64,000 nt of DNA from Candidatus Gilichinskyi gelida (GTDB lineage: Bacteria > Acidobacteriota > Thermoanaerobaculia > Gp7-AA8): positions 147,453 through 211,452 of the forward strand of contig JBBPII010000004.1 of NCBI GenBank assembly GCA_038040385.1. Reading direction: 5' to 3'. The position numbers were made by a program, and so were the translations under genes. Positions within the stretch are counted from its first letter, which is position 1, and each line of letters begins with the position of its first letter. Shown here one piece after another: positions 49,849-58,714 of the stretch. The notes under the pieces are model-generated. The model did no database searches. It saw only the letters and a program-made list of their open reading frames with translations, and was not told where the DNA came from.

Positions 49849-51495
49849 TCACATCTCCCAAACGACGGGCAGAATCATCGGCCGGCGCCCCATCTCTTTC
49901 CTGAAGTACCTCTTGAGCTGCGCGCGCATTTTTTCCTGCACCTGCTCGATGTCGCGCAGCTCATCGGGCCGGCTCTCGGCGATCAACTGCACGAGTTGTG
50001 CGCGGACGTCGTCGAGCACTTCGCCGCTGGCGTCGACGTGCACCAGGCCGCGGGTGATGATCTCCGGGTCACGCACCAGCCGGCCGGTCGAGTCGAGGGC
50101 CACCACCACGATCACGAATCCATCCTCGGCGAGATGCTGGCGGTCGCGCACCACGACCTCCGGCACCTCCTCGGCCTCCGAGTCGATGAAGACCTTGCCG
50201 TGCGGCACGCGGTCCTCGAGGACGCGCACCGAATCGCCCTCGATCTCCACGACCTGACCGTTGGTGATCACCACGCCGTGCGGCACGCCGACGCTCTGCG
50301 CCAGCTTGGCGTGGTGGACCAGATGCCGCAGCGTGCCGTGGATGGGGATGAAGTACTTCGGCCGCGTCAGGTTGAGCATCAGCTTCAGCTCTTCCTGGCA
50401 GGCGTGCCCGGAGACGTGCACGTCCGCGTTGTCCCACGTCAGCACCTCCGCTCCGCGGCGATAGAGGTTGTCGATGAGATGGGCGACCGCGCGCTCGTTG
50501 CCAGGGATGGTCCGCGCGGAGATGACGACCGTGTCACCGCGGCCGACCTCGACTTGTTTGTGTTCGCCGATGGCCATCCGAGAAAGCGCCGACGCCGGCT
50601 CGCCCTGCGTCCCGGTGCTCATGATCACCACCTCGGCGTCGGCGAAGTCGGACGGCCGGGCGTTGACGCCGGGGCGCGCCTCGCGCGGGAAGCGCACGTA
50701 TCCGAGGCGGTCGGCGGTCTCGATGTTGTCGACCAGCGAGCGTCCGACGAGGAAGACCTTGCGGCGATGCCTGACCGCAAGATCGATCACCTGCTGCACG
50801 CGATGGATGTGCGAGGCGAACGTCGTGACGATGATTCTGCCCCGCGTCTGCGCGAAGAGATCGCCGAGCGCGGTGCCGACGCTGCGCTCCGACGGGCAAT
50901 GGCCCGGCACCAGCGCGTTGGTGGAGTCGCTGAGCAGCGCCAGGACGCCTTCGTCGCCGTAGCGGCCGAAGGTGGCGAGGTCGGTGACCTTGCCGTCGAT
51001 CGGGGTGTGGTCGATCTTGAAATCACCGGTGTGGATGACCGTGCCGAGCGGCGTGCGGATGGCGAGGCCCAGGGCGTCGACGATGGAGTGCGTGACCTGG
51101 ATGGGCTCCACGCGGAAGGGGCCGGTTTCGATGACCTCGCGCGGCGTCATGGCCCGCAGCTCGACCTCGTCGACCCCGAGCTCCTCGAGCTTGTCGCGCA
51201 CGAAGCCGAGGGCCAGCGGCATGCCGTACACCGGCACCTTGAGGCGCTCGACGAGGAACGGCACGGCGCCGATGTGGTCCTCGTGGCCGTGGGTGAGGAA
51301 GACCGCGCGCAACTTCGACGGCTGCTCGAACAGGTAGGTCATGTCGGGGACGATGACGTCGACGCCCAGCGTGGCGGCGTCGGGGAACATCATTCCGCAG
51401 TCGACGGCGATGGCGGCGCCGGCGTGCTCGTAGACCATGAGGTTCATGCCGATCTCGCCGAGGCCGCCGAGGGGAATGATGCGTAGAGGGTCCAT
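49849..51495 (-). CDS. rnj: ribonuclease J
   Basis: The metallo-beta-lactamase motif THGHEDHIG, a beta-CASP region and a family-typical length (548 aa). Confidence 0.85.
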   Translation of the reverse strand: MDPLRIIPLGGLGEIGMNLMVYEHAGAAIAVDCGMMFPDAATLGVDVIVPDMTYLFEQPSKLRAVFLTHGHEDHIGAVPFLVERLKVPVYGMPLALGFVRDKLEELGVDEVELRAMTPREVIETGPFRVEPIQVTHSIVDALGLAIRTPLGTVIHTGDFKIDHTPIDGKVTDLATFGRYGDEGVLALLSDSTNALVPGHCPSERSVGTALGDLFAQTRGRIIVTTFASHIHRVQQVIDLAVRHRRKVFLVGRSLVDNIETADRLGYVRFPREARPGVNARPSDFADAEVVIMSTGTQGEPASALSRMAIGEHKQVEVGRGDTVVISARTIPGNERAVAHLIDNLYRRGAEVLTWDNADVHVSGHACQEELKLMLNLTRPKYFIPIHGTLRHLVHHAKLAQSVGVPHGVVITNGQVVEIEGDSVRVLEDRVPHGKVFIDSEAEEVPEVVVRDRQHLAEDGFVIVVVALDSTGRLVRDPEIITRGLVHVDASGEVLDDVRAQLVQLIAESRPDELRDIEQVQEKMRAQLKRYFRKEMGRRPMILPVVWEM

Positions 51496-51534
51496 CGCGC
51501 GCGGTACGTTACCGCAAGCTCGCTGCCCGCGGCG

Positions 51535-53595
51535 TCACGGACGGGCGGGACGCCCGTCCGGTGCGGGCGGGACGCCCGCACTCCTCAGCTTCTGGACGGC
51601 GGCCAGTTGCGCTTTCGCCTCGTCGAGCCGATTGTCGTCGGGGTCGTGCGAGTCGACGAAGCTGGCCAGGGTGTTCACGGCCTCCTGATCGACGGCTTCG
51701 GATTCGTCCAGGCGGTTGAGTAGCTCCAGCGCTTTGCCGAGATCGAGGAGGCTCAACGCGTACGCGTAGCCGCGATCGCCGTTGCGGCGTCGGATCTCGA
51801 GGCTGCGGCGGATCAGCGTCTCGGCCTCGGCCGGGCGGCCCGTTCGCGCCAAGTGCTGTCCGAGGCCGTTCATGGTCAGGGCGATCGTCGTTGACGTGCC
51901 GAGCTTCTCGCGCAGCGCAAGGCTTTCGCGGAACGCGGCTTCGGCCTCCGCGTTCTTTCCGCGCAGTGCGAGCACGCTGGCCAGATCGAAGAGGCCGCGG
52001 GCGACGGCAGTGTGCCGATGGCCGTACGCCTTCTCGCGGATGGCCAGGCTCTCGCGCAGCATCGCCTCCGCGTCATCGAGATGATCCTGATGCTTCCGCA
52101 CCAGTCCGAGGTCGTTGAGGATGGCGCCGACGCGGCCGCTGCTCCGGCCGTCGAGCTCGATCCGGAGGCGCAACGCCTCGCGCAGGAGCTGTTCGGCGCG
52201 ATCGAGGTGGCCGAGGTGAAACTCCGATGAGCCGATGGTCTCCAGCAGCTCGGCGCGCGCGACCGGCTGATCCTTCAGGTCGTGCCCGATCTTCTGCGCC
52301 GCCTCGGCCAGCAACTGCCGCACGGTCGTCTCTTTCGTCCGGTTCCAGGGACTGGCCGAATCGAGGAGATCGGTGAGGAACTTCGACACCGCCTCCGCCT
52401 CCGACCGCGCGCGCTGCGCGCGAAGCATGCCGATGGTGGTGCCGGCGATGCCGCCGACGATGGCGATGAGAACGAGACCCGCGGCGACCACGCCCGCCCG
52501 ATGCCGGCGCGCGAACTTCGCCGCGCGATAGCGCAGCGACGGCGGGCTGGCGACGACCGGCTCGTCGTTGAGGTGGCGCTGCAGATCGGATTCGAGGTCG
52601 GCGGCCGAGCCGTAGCGCTCCTCGCGCTCGCGCGCCGTCGACTTCCGGGCGATCCATCCGAGGTCGCCGCCGAGGGCGGCGGCGAGGGAGCGCTCCTCCT
52701 CGCGCCGCATTCCGGCGATGCCGACGCGCGCCTCTGTGCCGAGCGCACGGAAGAGCGTCCGCGGCAGGACGGTGTCGTTCTCCGCGACGGTCCTGATCAC
52801 GGCGGCGAGCGGAAGGTCGTCGACCTTGTGCGGCTTCAGGCCGGCCAGCAGCTCGTAGAGCATCACACCGAGGGAGTAGACGTCGGTGCGCGTATCGAGG
52901 TCGTCGCCGCTGAGCGCCTCGGGGCTCATGTAGCCGGGAGTGCCGATGACGCCGTGGCTGGTCAGGATGGCGGTCGCGTCGCCGAAGGGCTGATCGATTG
53001 CTTTGGCGATACCGAAGTCGATGATCTTCGGCACGGCGTGCCCTTCGACCTCCGCCACGAGCACGTTCGACGGCTTGAGGTCGCGGTGGATGACGCCCTT
53101 CTGATGCGCGTGCTGCACGCCTTTGCAGATCTGGATAAAGAGCTCCACGCGCTGGCGGATGGTCAGGCGACGCTCGTCGCAGTAGTCGACCAGCGGCCGT
53201 CCTTCGACGTACTCCATGACGAAGAACGGGTAGCCGTCGTCGGTCGTGCCGGCGTCGTACATCGCGGCGATGCTCGGATGCGACAGCCGCGCGAGCGCCT
53301 GCCGTTCCGCGTTGAAGCGCGCCACCGCGCTCGGACCGGGAAGGGTCGAGCGCATCAGTTTGAGGGCCACGGCGCGATGCACCGGCTCGTGCTGCTCGGC
53401 GAGATAGACGGCGCCCATGCCGCCTTCGCCGAGGAGCTCGAGGAGCCGGTAGCGGCCGATGGCGGTGCCGCGCGGCAACGCGCGCGGCGGCACGGCCGGA
53501 TGGAGCATCACGGTCGACTGCTGCTGCGCGGCGTGACGGTCGCGAAAGCGCGCCGCGAACGTCGCGTCGGAGCGGTCGGGGATTTCCTGGGACAT
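51535..53595 (-). CDS. Ser/Thr protein kinase with TM segment and C-terminal TPR repeats
   Basis: Motifs GEGGMGAVYLA, VALK, HRDLKPSNVL, DFGIAK, GTPGYMSPE. A TM helix lies near VVAAGLVLIAIVGGIAG. TPR-like repeats follow. The last ~15 codons run into a REP family B copy. Confidence 0.9.
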   Translation of the reverse strand: MSQEIPDRSDATFAARFRDRHAAQQQSTVMLHPAVPPRALPRGTAIGRYRLLELLGEGGMGAVYLAEQHEPVHRAVALKLMRSTLPGPSAVARFNAERQALARLSHPSIAAMYDAGTTDDGYPFFVMEYVEGRPLVDYCDERRLTIRQRVELFIQICKGVQHAHQKGVIHRDLKPSNVLVAEVEGHAVPKIIDFGIAKAIDQPFGDATAILTSHGVIGTPGYMSPEALSGDDLDTRTDVYSLGVMLYELLAGLKPHKVDDLPLAAVIRTVAENDTVLPRTLFRALGTEARVGIAGMRREEERSLAAALGGDLGWIARKSTAREREERYGSAADLESDLQRHLNDEPVVASPPSLRYRAAKFARRHRAGVVAAGLVLIAIVGGIAGTTIGMLRAQRARSEAEAVSKFLTDLLDSASPWNRTKETTVRQLLAEAAQKIGHDLKDQPVARAELLETIGSSEFHLGHLDRAEQLLREALRLRIELDGRSSGRVGAILNDLGLVRKHQDHLDDAEAMLRESLAIREKAYGHRHTAVARGLFDLASVLALRGKNAEAEAAFRESLALREKLGTSTTIALTMNGLGQHLARTGRPAEAETLIRRSLEIRRRNGDRGYAYALSLLDLGKALELLNRLDESEAVDQEAVNTLASFVDSHDPDDNRLDEAKAQLAAVQKLRSAGVPPAPDGRPARP
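51541..51584. repeat. REP family B copy (two GGGCG-GGA-CGCCC hairpins)
   Basis: ACGGGCGGGACGCCCGTCCGGTGCGGGCGGGACGCCCGCACTCC. Confidence 0.75.
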
Positions 53596-53652
53596 ATGGG
53601 GATTTCTTTAACGCGCATTTTCGCACGGACGGCGTTACAGTCATCGTCAAGC

Positions 53653-54615
53653 GTGAAGGAAAAGACGATCACCCACCCCGAGGGGCCGCCGCGCGCCCCC
53701 GCCGGGGAGGCGCCGGCATGCGTGGTGGCGATCTACGGCGGCGAGCTGGGACGGCGCTTCAAGCTGGCGTCGCGCGAGATCACCGTCGGCCGCGACGACG
53801 ACAACGCCATCCGCGTCGCGCTCGACACGATCTCCCGCCGGCATGCGCGGCTCTTTCCTCACGACGGCGCGCACTGGGTCGAGGACCTCGGCAGCACCAA
53901 CGGCACGTTCGTCAACGAGGAGGAGATCGCGCAGCCCACGGTGCTGCGCAACGGCGATCTGATTCGCTGCGGCGGCGCGGTCTTCAAGTTCATCGAAGGG
54001 GGCAACGTCGAGGCCCTTTACCACGAGGAGATCTACCGCCTCACCATCACCGACGGGCTGACGCAGGTGGCGAACAAGCGCCACTTCGTCGACTTCCTGG
54101 AGCGCGAGATCGCGCGCGCCACGCGCCACGGCCGCCCGTTGGCGCTGGCGCTTTTCGACGTCGATCACTTCAAGCGCACCAACGACGAATATGGGCACCT
54201 CGCCGGCGACCGGGTGCTGCAAGGCATCGCCTCGGTGGTGGCGAAACAGGTGCGGCGCGAGGAGCTGATCGCGCGCTATGGTGGCGAGGAGTTCGCGGTG
54301 GTGCTGCCGGAGACGAGCGTGGAGGATGCCGCACTTTTCTGCGAGCGCATCCGCGCCGACGTGGAGCGCGAGAGATTCGAGTTCGACGGCGAGCCGCTCC
54401 GGGCGACGATCAGCCTCGGCGCGGCGGCGCTGGAGGCGTCGGACACGGTCGACACGCTCGTCGCGCGCGCTGATGGGCTTCTGTATCGGGCGAAGCAGAC
54501 CGGGAGGAATCGGGTGGTGGCTACGGAGTCTCGCGGTCTCGGGGTCGCGGAGTCTCGCGGTGGCCAAGCCTCGGGCGCGAGCACCCCGAGACCGCGAGAC
54601 CCAGAGACTGCGTAA
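53653..54615 (+). CDS. FHA-domain diguanylate cyclase (FHA + GGDEF)
   Basis: The FHA domain shows ITVGRDDDNAIRV...ISRRHARL...DLGSTNGTFVN...NGDLI. The GGDEF domain shows DGLTQVANKRHF...DVDHFKRTNDEYGH.AGD...RYGGEEFAVV. The start is uncertain (GTG 53653 vs ATG 53596). The last ~30 codons are encoded by a REP family C copy. Confidence 0.85.
   Translation: MKEKTITHPEGPPRAPAGEAPACVVAIYGGELGRRFKLASREITVGRDDDNAIRVALDTISRRHARLFPHDGAHWVEDLGSTNGTFVNEEEIAQPTVLRNGDLIRCGGAVFKFIEGGNVEALYHEEIYRLTITDGLTQVANKRHFVDFLEREIARATRHGRPLALALFDVDHFKRTNDEYGHLAGDRVLQGIASVVAKQVRREELIARYGGEEFAVVLPETSVEDAALFCERIRADVERERFEFDGEPLRATISLGAAALEASDTVDTLVARADGLLYRAKQTGRNRVVATESRGLGVAESRGGQASGASTPRPRDPETA
54525..54612. repeat. REP family C copy
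   Basis: GGAGTCTCGCGGTCTCGGGGTCGCGGAGTCTCGCGG...CACCCCGAGACCGCGAGACCCAGAGACTGCG. Confidence 0.85.
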
Positions 54616-55911
54616 CTACGGATAGATCCGATTCAGCATCCGCGGGTACGGAATCGTCTCCCGGAGATGCGGCACGCCGCTGACCCACGCCACCATCCGC
54701 TCCAGTCCCATGCCGAAGCCGGAGTGCGGGAAGGTGCCGTACTTGCGCACGTCGAGGTACCACTGGAACTTCTCGACCGGCAGGTTGTGCTCCTTGATGC
54801 GCTGCAGTAGCAGGTCGTGGTCGTGGATGCGCTGCGAGCCGCCGATGATCTCGCCGTAGCCTTCGGGGGCGATCATGTCGAGGCCGAGGACGACCGAGGG
54901 GTCCTGCGGGTCGGGCTGCATGTAGAAGGCTTTGATGGCCGTCGGGTAGCGCGAGATCATCACCGGCCGGTCGAACGAGTTGGCGATCACCGTCTCCTCG
55001 TCGCCGCCGAGGTCGTCGCCGAAGTTGACGCTCATCTCCTTCGACTTCAGCAACTCGATCGCGTCGCGATAGGTGATGCGCGGGAAGGGGCGTTTCACGT
55101 TCTCCAGCTTCGACACGTCGCGCTCGAGGGTCTTCAGCTCTTCCTGGCAGCGCTCCAGCGCGCGGCCGACGATGTATTCGACGAACTCCTCGGCAAGCTC
55201 CTGCAGGCCTTCGAACTCCAGGAAGGCGACCTCCGGTTCTACCATCCAGAACTCCATGAGATGGCGGCGCGTTTTCGACTTCTCCGCGCGGAAGGTCGGA
55301 CCGAAGCAGTAGACGCGGCCGAAGGAGGCCGCCGCGGGCTCGAGGTAGAGCTGCCCCGACTGCGACAGGTACGCCTTCTCGCCGAAGTAGTCGGTCTCGA
55401 ACAGCGTCGACGTCCCCTCGGCCGCGTTCGCGGTGAGGATCGGCGAGTCGATGAGGACGAAGTCGCGGTCGTAGAAGAAATCGCGGATGGCCTTCTCGAT
55501 CTCGTTTCGGACGCGCAGAACGGCATGCTGCTTCGATGAACGGAGCCAGAGGTGACGCAGGTCCATCAGGAACGCCGTTCCGTGCTCCTTCGGCGTAATC
55601 GGATACTCCTGCGTGAGCTGGACGACCTCGAATGATTCGACGCCCAGTTCCACACCGCCCGGCGCGCGCGGCTCGGCGCGGGTGGTGCCGGTGACGCGAA
55701 CCGTCGACTCCTGCGTGACGTCCTCGACCGCCTTCCACGTCTCCTCGGAGACTTCCTTCTTGAAGACGACGCACTGCAGATAGCCGCTGCCGTCGCGGAT
55801 GATCGGAAACTGCAGCTTCCCGGAGGTGCGCTTGTTGTAGAGCCACCCGTTGACGGTGACCGCCTCGCCGATGTGTTGGGGAAGCTCTTTGATGCGGAGG
55901 GTTGGTGCCAT
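54616..55911 (-). CDS. asnS: asparaginyl-tRNA synthetase
   Basis: Class II aaRS motifs are present: [40 protein letters not shown]...IPYPR. An N-terminal OB-fold anticodon-binding region is present. 431 aa. Confidence 0.85.
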   Translation of the reverse strand: MAPTLRIKELPQHIGEAVTVNGWLYNKRTSGKLQFPIIRDGSGYLQCVVFKKEVSEETWKAVEDVTQESTVRVTGTTRAEPRAPGGVELGVESFEVVQLTQEYPITPKEHGTAFLMDLRHLWLRSSKQHAVLRVRNEIEKAIRDFFYDRDFVLIDSPILTANAAEGTSTLFETDYFGEKAYLSQSGQLYLEPAAASFGRVYCFGPTFRAEKSKTRRHLMEFWMVEPEVAFLEFEGLQELAEEFVEYIVGRALERCQEELKTLERDVSKLENVKRPFPRITYRDAIELLKSKEMSVNFGDDLGGDEETVIANSFDRPVMISRYPTAIKAFYMQPDPQDPSVVLGLDMIAPEGYGEIIGGSQRIHDHDLLLQRIKEHNLPVEKFQWYLDVRKYGTFPHSGFGMGLERMVAWVSGVPHLRETIPYPRMLNRIYP

Positions 55912-55922
55912 AGGGCGGCGGA

Positions 55923-56477
55923 TTATAGAGCAGCGGGTTCGGCGCGCGAGACGATCGAAACGGCGTGGACGATCATCAGCAGCACGAGCGCAAAGAGGAC
56001 GACGGACGAGAGGTATTCGATGGTCATCAGATTCTCGCAGCGGGCGATCGACGCGGAGGTCCAGACCTCATCGACGGACTCGAAGTCATCGAGGAGCTCG
56101 GCGCAGGTCGAGACTCTGTTGGCCTCGACGTCGTTCTTCGCCTGCGCCGTCAGCACCGTCCCGATCAGGATTGGCTTGCCGCGCACGTCGCACGTACAGA
56201 CACGCTGATCCTGACGGTAGCGGAGAAACAGACCGCACGCCGCGACCAGCGTGACGATCGCCGCGATCGTCCACCAGCGAAGGTGGTGTCGCTTCGACCA
56301 GACGACGCCGGCAATGATCAGCAGCGCCACGAGCACCGTGACGATGAAGCGGGCGAGAAGGGCGAGATCGTCCTTTCCCTTGACCACCTCGGGCGGGTGG
56401 AGGAAGCCGATCTGCAGCATGACGAACCCCGCGAATTGCGCGATGGCGCTCCAGTGGCGCTTCGCCAGTTCGAGCAT
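55923..56477 (-). CDS. hypothetical membrane protein
   Basis: Four hydrophobic helices. ATG 56477 lies 2 nt downstream of the upstream gene stop. The longer track ORF overlaps that upstream gene. Confidence 0.55.
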   Translation of the reverse strand: MLELAKRHWSAIAQFAGFVMLQIGFLHPPEVVKGKDDLALLARFIVTVLVALLIIAGVVWSKRHHLRWWTIAAIVTLVAACGLFLRYRQDQRVCTCDVRGKPILIGTVLTAQAKNDVEANRVSTCAELLDDFESVDEVWTSASIARCENLMTIEYLSSVVLFALVLLMIVHAVSIVSRAEPAAL

Positions 56478-56479
56478 CG

Positions 56480-57088
56480 TCACGGGATGACCAGATCGAA
56501 GTCGTAGGTCGGACGGCCGTCGCCGCCGATCTTTTGCGTGCTCGGCGCCTCGCCGCCGACGCGGAACACGTACGTGCCCGGCGACAGTTCCCCGACGGCG
56601 GGCGAGCTCAATTTCCGCAGCGGACGCCACTTCGACGGCACGTTCGCCCATCCGCGGCGGCAGACCATGACCTGCTTTCCGGGCACCGGCGCGCCGTCGC
56701 GCTTGGTGTGCGCCTGCACGGTCACCAGCTCGTTCCACGGCGCACCCGCGCGGCAGTGCGACGCCTTGAGATGCAGGTCTTCGGCGGCGGCGCGCATCTG
56801 TTCCGCATCACCACCCACCAGCGCGTCGCGATCGTCGTTGAGACTCTCCGCGTACTGCGCGGGAGTCGTCGCGGTCGTGGTCTCCCCCCACTTCTGGCGC
56901 AGCAGGTCGATGTCCTCGACAACACCCGGCACGCGAGCTTGCTCCGCGGCCGCACGCAACTGCTCGAGCAGCGGCCCGGTGTCGTTCCAAGAGAGATCCG
57001 CTGCCGCCGGCGGCGGACTGACAGGCGTAGCAGTCCCGCACGCCACGAGAAACAGAAAGCCGATAGCGAGCCGCGACATGCCGTGCAT
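56480..57088 (-). CDS. hypothetical lipoprotein
   Basis: The lipobox lies in MHGMSRLAIGFLFLVAC-G. I chose the start at 57088; 57079 is also possible. Confidence 0.6.
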   Translation of the reverse strand: MHGMSRLAIGFLFLVACGTATPVSPPPAAADLSWNDTGPLLEQLRAAAEQARVPGVVEDIDLLRQKWGETTTATTPAQYAESLNDDRDALVGGDAEQMRAAAEDLHLKASHCRAGAPWNELVTVQAHTKRDGAPVPGKQVMVCRRGWANVPSKWRPLRKLSSPAVGELSPGTYVFRVGGEAPSTQKIGGDGRPTYDFDLVIP

Positions 57089-57096
57089 GATAGCGG

Positions 57097-57140
57097 AACG
57101 CCGGCGTCCCGCCGGCTGGCCAGGCGGCGTCCCGCCGCCG
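57097..57140. repeat. REP family B copy, left flank of the RAYT gene
   Basis: AACGCCGGCGTCCCGCCGGCTGGCCAGGCGGCGTCCCGCCGCCG. Confidence 0.85.
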
Positions 57141-57201
57141 TCCGAGGTACGATAGCAATCCCACACGCCCTCCTTCACGTGGCCGCTCGCTCCGCGAGCC
57201 C

Positions 57202-57780
57202 ATGCGCCACGACAACTTCATCCCCCCACAAGGATTGCGCCGGCGATCACGCGGCCGTCTGCCGCACTGGGAGGTTGATGACGCCGACTATTTCGTCACG
57301 TTCCGGTTGCGAGATTCGCTGCCGCATGCCATAGCGCGCAAGCTTGTGCAGGAGCGCGCACATCTCATTGAGACCTGCCATACGGCTGCCGAACGATCGT
57401 CAATCGACAAAGCCTTCGGAGTGCGTCTCGATTCATATCTCGACGCGGGCTACGGAAGCTGCATCCTGGTTCAGCACGCCGAAGTGGTCGCCAATGCTCT
57501 GCGCTACTTCGACGGAAAACGATACGTGCTTCACGCGTGGTGCGTCATGCCGAATCATGTCCATGCGCTGTTTCACCTGGAGTTTGGCCGCGACCTTGAT
57601 CGGGTGCTGCATTCGTGGAAGTCGTATACCGCGCATGAGATCGATCAGGGCGTGATTTGGCAGAGGGAGTATTTCGATCGCGTAATTCGCGGGCCGGAGG
57701 ATTTTCGGGAGACGCGGATCTACATTCTTCGGAATCCGGCGAAGGCGGGATTGGCGGACTGGAAATGGGTTAGCGGGTGA
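57202..57780 (+). CDS. REP-associated tyrosine transposase (RAYT; IS200/IS605-like Y1 HUH transposase)
   Basis: The HUH motif is VMPNHVHAL. The C-terminal Tyr motif is RIYILRNPAKAGL. The length (192 aa) and the flanking inverted REPs also fit. Confidence 0.85.
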   Translation: MRHDNFIPPQGLRRRSRGRLPHWEVDDADYFVTFRLRDSLPHAIARKLVQERAHLIETCHTAAERSSIDKAFGVRLDSYLDAGYGSCILVQHAEVVANALRYFDGKRYVLHAWCVMPNHVHALFHLEFGRDLDRVLHSWKSYTAHEIDQGVIWQREYFDRVIRGPEDFRETRIYILRNPAKAGLADWKWVSG

Positions 57781-58714
57781 CCGGCGGCGGGACGCCGCCG
57801 GGCCAGCCGGCGGGGACGCCGGCGTTCCGGGGGACGCGGACCAGCAGCGACTGCGGGACGATCGTCACCGTCAGCGGCATGTCCGCGGTCATGACCTCAC
57901 CGTCGACGCCGAGGTGGAGATGTTTCTTCGATGACTGCATCTTGAGCCGCGCGGTGCGGAAGGAGCGGAAGCCGGGGGCGCTCCGGACGCGGCCGGCGAG
58001 GTAGTGGGCGATGAAGGACATCAACTTCAGCCGCGGCACGTGCGGGAGCCAGTAGACCGACAGCCGTCCCTCCCCCAACCCGTTGCGGGGCGCGTCGACG
58101 CCGAGGCGCGAGAGGTCGTAGGTGTTGTTCGACACCATCAGCACGTGGGTGCGCACCACCTCGTGGTGGTGCTCGCTGTCGAGCGTGACCGCGATGTGCG
58201 GGAACTTCTGCAGCGTCGTGTAGGCGGCGTAGAGGCGCGCCTTCCAGCGCGGGTAGTCGCGTCCGCGCGATTCGCGCTTGCTGACCAGCTCCGGGTAGAG
58301 GCCCATGGAGATGTTGTTGACGAAGAAGCGCTCGTTGGCGCGCGCCGCGTCGATCTGCCGGGTGGCGCCGCCGGAGGCCACCTCCAGCGCGGCGCGCCAC
58401 CCGAGCGGGATGCCGAGGTCCTTGGCGAAGTGGTTGTAGGTCCCGATGGGGATGACCCCGAGCACCGCGTCGGTGTGGACCAGGGCCTGAATGACGTTGT
58501 TCACCGTTCCGTCGCCGCCGGCGGCGACGAAGAGCCGCCGCCCCTCACTCATCCGCTCGCGGATGAGGGCCAGACAATCGAGGTCCCTGTTCACGTGTGC
58601 GACCTCCAGCCCCGCCTCCCGCGCGGCCGCCTCCAGCGACGCCAATTCGGCGGGCGGAAGCTTCACGCCCGAGGTCGGGTTAAGGAGCATCAAACCTTTG
58701 AGGCCCTCAGACAT
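57770..58714 (-). CDS. diacylglycerol/lipid kinase family protein (YegS/BmrU-like)
   Basis: The motif LMLLNPTSG ... LFVAAGGDGTVNNV is present. The start is 58714 or 58690. The C-terminal ~18 aa are encoded by the REP copy, and the 3' end overlaps the RAYT stop by 11 nt. Confidence 0.8.
   Translation of the reverse strand: MSEGLKGLMLLNPTSGVKLPPAELASLEAAAREAGLEVAHVNRDLDCLALIRERMSEGRRLFVAAGGDGTVNNVIQALVHTDAVLGVIPIGTYNHFAKDLGIPLGWRAALEVASGGATRQIDAARANERFFVNNISMGLYPELVSKRESRGRDYPRWKARLYAAYTTLQKFPHIAVTLDSEHHHEVVRTHVLMVSNNTYDLSRLGVDAPRNGLGEGRLSVYWLPHVPRLKLMSFIAHYLAGRVRSAPGFRSFRTARLKMQSSKKHLHLGVDGEVMTADMPLTVTIVPQSLLVRVPRNAGVPAGWPGGVPPPVTR
57781..57826. repeat. REP family B copy, right flank of the RAYT gene (inverted)
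   Basis: CCGGCGGCGGGACGCCGCCGGGCCAGCCGGCGGGGACGCCGGCGTT. Confidence 0.85.

Larger units (their letters stand above)
57097..57826. mobile_element. RAYT gene with flanking inverted REP family B copies
   Basis: The reverse complement of 57781-57826 matches 57097-57140 with about 1 indel and 1 mismatch. Confidence 0.75.

Noticed and set aside
16033-58713. N-terminal extensions of track ORFs: 16033, 16854, 18449, 22888, 31499, 33798..34619, 34632..35633, 37606..37899, 39537, 40868, 41158, 44098..45411, 52282, 55923..56738, 56480..57178, 57770..58906, 58491, 62264..63961
   Set aside because: The extensions overlap upstream genes, tRNAs or REP elements. Internal starts with RBS-like sequences or start/stop coupling give proteins that begin at family-typical N-termini.
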